DNA of 64,000 nt from Eledone cirrhosa (taxonomy: Eukaryota), in assembly GCA_964016885.1 (NCBI GenBank), contig OZ024742.1, positions 5,518,001 through 5,582,000 of the forward strand. Reading direction: 5' to 3'. Positions within the stretch are counted from its first letter, which is position 1. Each line of letters begins with the position of its first letter. This document shows, piece after piece, positions 61,802-64,000 of this stretch. Below the pieces are notes generated by a model that was not told the origin of the DNA, did not search any database, and saw only the letters and a list, made by a program, of their open reading frames with translations. Position numbers and translations under genes: made by a program.

Positions 61802-62055
61802 AATGGCTTCTACAGGACTAGAACTGTTTCATTCGAAGGAAATCATCAGGAAAGACGACTTTTCTCTAAATATAGTTTTTTCAAAGAGTCCCCATTCTTT
61901 AAATCCATCAGCCAATAACCCCAACCCATCCCAATTACCACCTTCCCCACCACCAGAAAATGTATAAATCAACCATATCACATTGACAGACGCCTTTCCT
62001 GATGATTTCCTTCGAAAGAAACAGTTCTAGTCCCATAGAAGCCATTTCTATATTA
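61795..62055. repeat. Inverted repeat (arms about 61795-61857 and 61993-62055) with HHR-like core; third copy at about 32588-32640
   Basis: tttcctgatgatttccttcgaaagaaacagttctagtcc...agaagccatttctatatta and its reverse complement. Confidence 0.75.
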
Positions 62056-62122
62056 AATATTTATACTCTGCTATGTATTGAGTATCTTACTTACTGTGGT
62101 TGCCCCCGATTGAACCCGGGAT

Positions 62123-62178
<56 letters not shown>

Positions 62179-62337
62179 TATATATATATATATATAAATA
62201 TATATATATATAATCGAAAATGCAACTGGAGTTATTTTAAGAATATCTATTTGTTTCCTTTACCGGTTTCACAATTCCTATGATTTTCAAAAGTACAATT
62301 GAGATGGAGGGTTTGTGCTTTTTCTCGCAGTATATAT

Positions 62338-62745
62338 AATAATTGTTTCTACTTTAGGCACAAGGCCAGCAATTACCCAGTGCATTACTGGTACTTTATT
62401 TTATCGACCCCGTAAGGATGAAAGGCAAAGTCAACCTCGGCGGGATTTGAACTCAGATCGTAAAGGGAGGTAACTATGCTGGAAAACATGGCGTCCGACC
62501 CTCTACCGATACTGCCAAATAATGATAATAATAATAATGGTTTCTTATATAGGCACAAGGCCAGCAATTTTGGGGGAGAGGAAAAATCGATTAAATCGTT
62601 ACTGGTGCTTTATTTTATCGATCCCGTAAGGATGAAATGCAAAGTTAACCTTGGCGAGATTTGAACTCAGATCATAAAGGGCCGTAACTCCATGCTGCAA
62701 AGCATGGCGTCCGACCCTCTACCGATACTGCCAATCCACCACCCT
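62338..62745 (-). mobile_element. Two tandem tRNA-derived SINE copies (about 62338-62518 and 62535-62745)
   Basis: Both carry A-box-like TGGCAGTATCGG and B-box GAGTTCAAATC. Confidence 0.88.
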
Positions 62746-62901
62746 CAATGATAATAATAATAAAAGGACGATTTGTTGTCTTCATTACGTTTATTGAGTA
62801 GTAACGCACGTTTCGCCATTGATCAGCTCAAGGTTCGATCTGTATCGATCTGGCCCGACTCTGGAATCAAAAGTTCGTCGGACCTCTGTAACGGTAATTA
62901 G

Positions 62902-62986
<85 letters not shown>

Positions 62987-63231
62987 TTCAGAACCCCGAC
63001 GGCTGAGTTGCGGTTGATGGTCCTTCCCCTCCTCCGGCTGATGGTCTTTGCCTTTCCCCTCCTTTTCCTCTCATGTATACTTCTTTCTCTATTTTCTCTC
63101 TCTCTATGTTTGACCAATTTATAGGTATATCAACAATAAATAAATTATGTCTCTCAAAAGTATAGTATAATTAGACTTTATATTTATTATATCTCTTTAA
63201 CGACACAGTCCAGTTAGCTGAATTGTTACAG

Positions 63232-63892
63232 TGTCGCTCAAAATAAACTCTTCGGTCAATGATCGCGCAAGTCTTAAAACAATGTGCACTTTTCGTCGCT
63301 CAAAATACCCCCAGGGCATCATTGCTCAAGTCTTAAAACAATGTGCACTTTTCGTCGCTCAAAATACCCCCCAGGGCATCATTGCTCAAGTCTTAATACA
63401 ATGTGTACTTTTCGTAGCCCAAAATACGCCCAGGGCATCATTGCTCAAGTCTTAAAACAATGTGTACTAGTTCGTCGCTCAAAATACCCCCAGGGCATCA
63501 TTGCTCAAGTCTTAATTCAATGTGTACTTTTCGACGCTCAAAATACGCCCAGGGCATCATTGCTCAAGTCTTAATACAATGTGTACTTTTCGTCGCTTAA
63601 AATACCCTCAGGGCATCATTGCTCAAGTCTTAATACAATGTGTACTTTTTGTCGCTCAAAATACATTCTTTCCCAGGTTATCATTACTCAAGTCTTAATA
63701 CAATGTGTAATTTTCGTCGCTCAAAATACCCCCAGGCCATCATTGCTCAAGTCTTAAAACATTGTGTACTAGTTCGTCGCTCAAAATACCCCCAGGGCAT
63801 CATTGCTCAAGTCTTAATACAATGTGTACTTTTCGTCGCTCAAAATACACTCTTTCCTAGGTTATCATTGCTCAAGTCTTGATACAATGTGT
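63232..63892. repeat. About 59-64-bp minisatellite, about 11 copies
   Basis: Unit cagggcatcattgctcaagtcttaatacaatgtgtacttttcgtcgctcaaaatacccc. Confidence 0.93.
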
Positions 63893-64000
63893 CAACTTTT
63901 ACTATCCGAGTAAATACCTGGTTATCTCTGATATGTAAATAGACGGGATAATAAATAATATTAGTTTGAGGATAATGCTAAAGATGCAGCTGCTGATAAT

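Overview
AT-rich eukaryotic (animal) repeat-dominated DNA with no recognisable host gene. The SINE family, (TA)n/(CA)n density and element set suggest a mollusc, probably an octopus (inference). Main contents: (1) an apparently full-length Tx1-clade LINE with gag-like ORF1 and an open APE-RT ORF2 (about 16.1-21.8 kb, minus strand); (2) many Penelope-like element (PLE) fragments with GIY-YIG endonuclease remnants, hammerhead-ribozyme (HHR) motifs and large inverted duplications; (3) RTE, CR1-like, mariner, hAT and Tc1/pogo remnants plus tRNA-derived SINEs; (4) a 17 kb satellite made of a 14-bp palindrome separated by variable (TG)n; (5) the most notable item, a non-coding family of about 310-nt elements each carrying a type I hammerhead ribozyme in a long covarying stem. 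It occurs as ten near-identical 311-bp tandem units with an inverted leading copy (52.58-56.16 kb) and as two diverged relatives (27.3 kb and 52.1-52.56 kb). This is a retrozyme-like system predicted to yield self-cleaved, possibly circular, RNAs. All structures were read by eye; no folding, alignment or database search was run.
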